Assembly (NCBI GenBank): GCA_030264375.1
Contig: JASCQW010000061.1
Coordinates: 76,732,760 to 76,796,759 of the forward strand
DNA from: Carcharhinus longimanus
Taxonomy: Eukaryota
Length of the DNA stretch: 64,000 nucleotides
Reading direction: 5' to 3'
Shown: positions 63,872-64,000 of the stretch, in pieces
Layout: every line of letters begins with the position of its first letter
Numbering within the stretch: position 1 is the stretch's first letter
Program-made: the position numbers and the translations under genes
Notes under the pieces: model-generated
Told to the model about the DNA's origin: nothing
The model's database searches: none
Seen by the model: only the letters and a program-made list of their open reading frames with translations

Positions 63872-64000
63872 CTCCATCTAAGCTGCGCGACATGGTATAG
63901 CGTTTGCTGGAAGAACGCTCAAAGTATGGTGCTGGGCGGTCGATGAGAGAACTGGCTTTCCGTGTCTGGGCTTGTGTTCTACCACTGTAGCGGAATTTTG
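63872..64000 (-). CDS. EPB41L3: EPB41L3 exon, FERM-adjacent (FA) domain; truncated by the window edge
   Basis: The reverse complement translates [42 protein letters not shown], nearly identical to human 4.1B FA as recalled. It ends in a G|GTAAGG donor, phase 1. Confidence 0.96.

Noticed and set aside
1-64000. Prokaryotic-style systems (CRISPR array, operon, defence island)
   Set aside because: This is spliced vertebrate gene DNA. There are no repeat-spacer arrays and no dense ORFs.

Overview
This is eukaryotic genomic DNA, not prokaryotic. It is AT-rich and CpG-depleted, has assembly gaps, and carries HE1/V-SINE-like SINEs and CR1-like LINEs typical of a shark or other elasmobranch. Nearly the whole window is the 3' two-thirds of EPB41L3 (protein 4.1B/DAL-1) on the minus strand. 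I traced 15 coding exons by GT-AG boundaries, phase and similarity (from memory) to human 4.1B. They run from the FERM-adjacent exon, cut by the right window edge, through the U2 region, spectrin-actin-binding (SAB) domain, U3 region and C-terminal domain to the TGA at 8814-8816. A non-coding terminal exon (~4775-6021) follows with tandem polyA signals. Introns hold several SINE families, CR1/L2/Rex-like LINE fragments, two LTR-like elements and short hairpin elements. I see no clearly new multi-gene system. The most notable observations are: (1) two copies of a short repeat with a minimal type I hammerhead ribozyme core (Penelope-like); (2) extra in-frame U3 exons and a candidate 87-nt basic cassette exon; (3) a 66-nt SAB cassette with downstream RBFOX/QKI motifs; (4) a conserved ~35-aa hydrophobic stretch in a nominally soluble adaptor; (5) a tRNA-headed SINE body running into LINE-like coding sequence; (6) inverted SINEs bracketing two exons; and (7) an undecayed CpG-rich tandem GC-box/TCGCGAGA insert. 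All homology calls are by eye and need database confirmation. Repeat boundaries are approximate.
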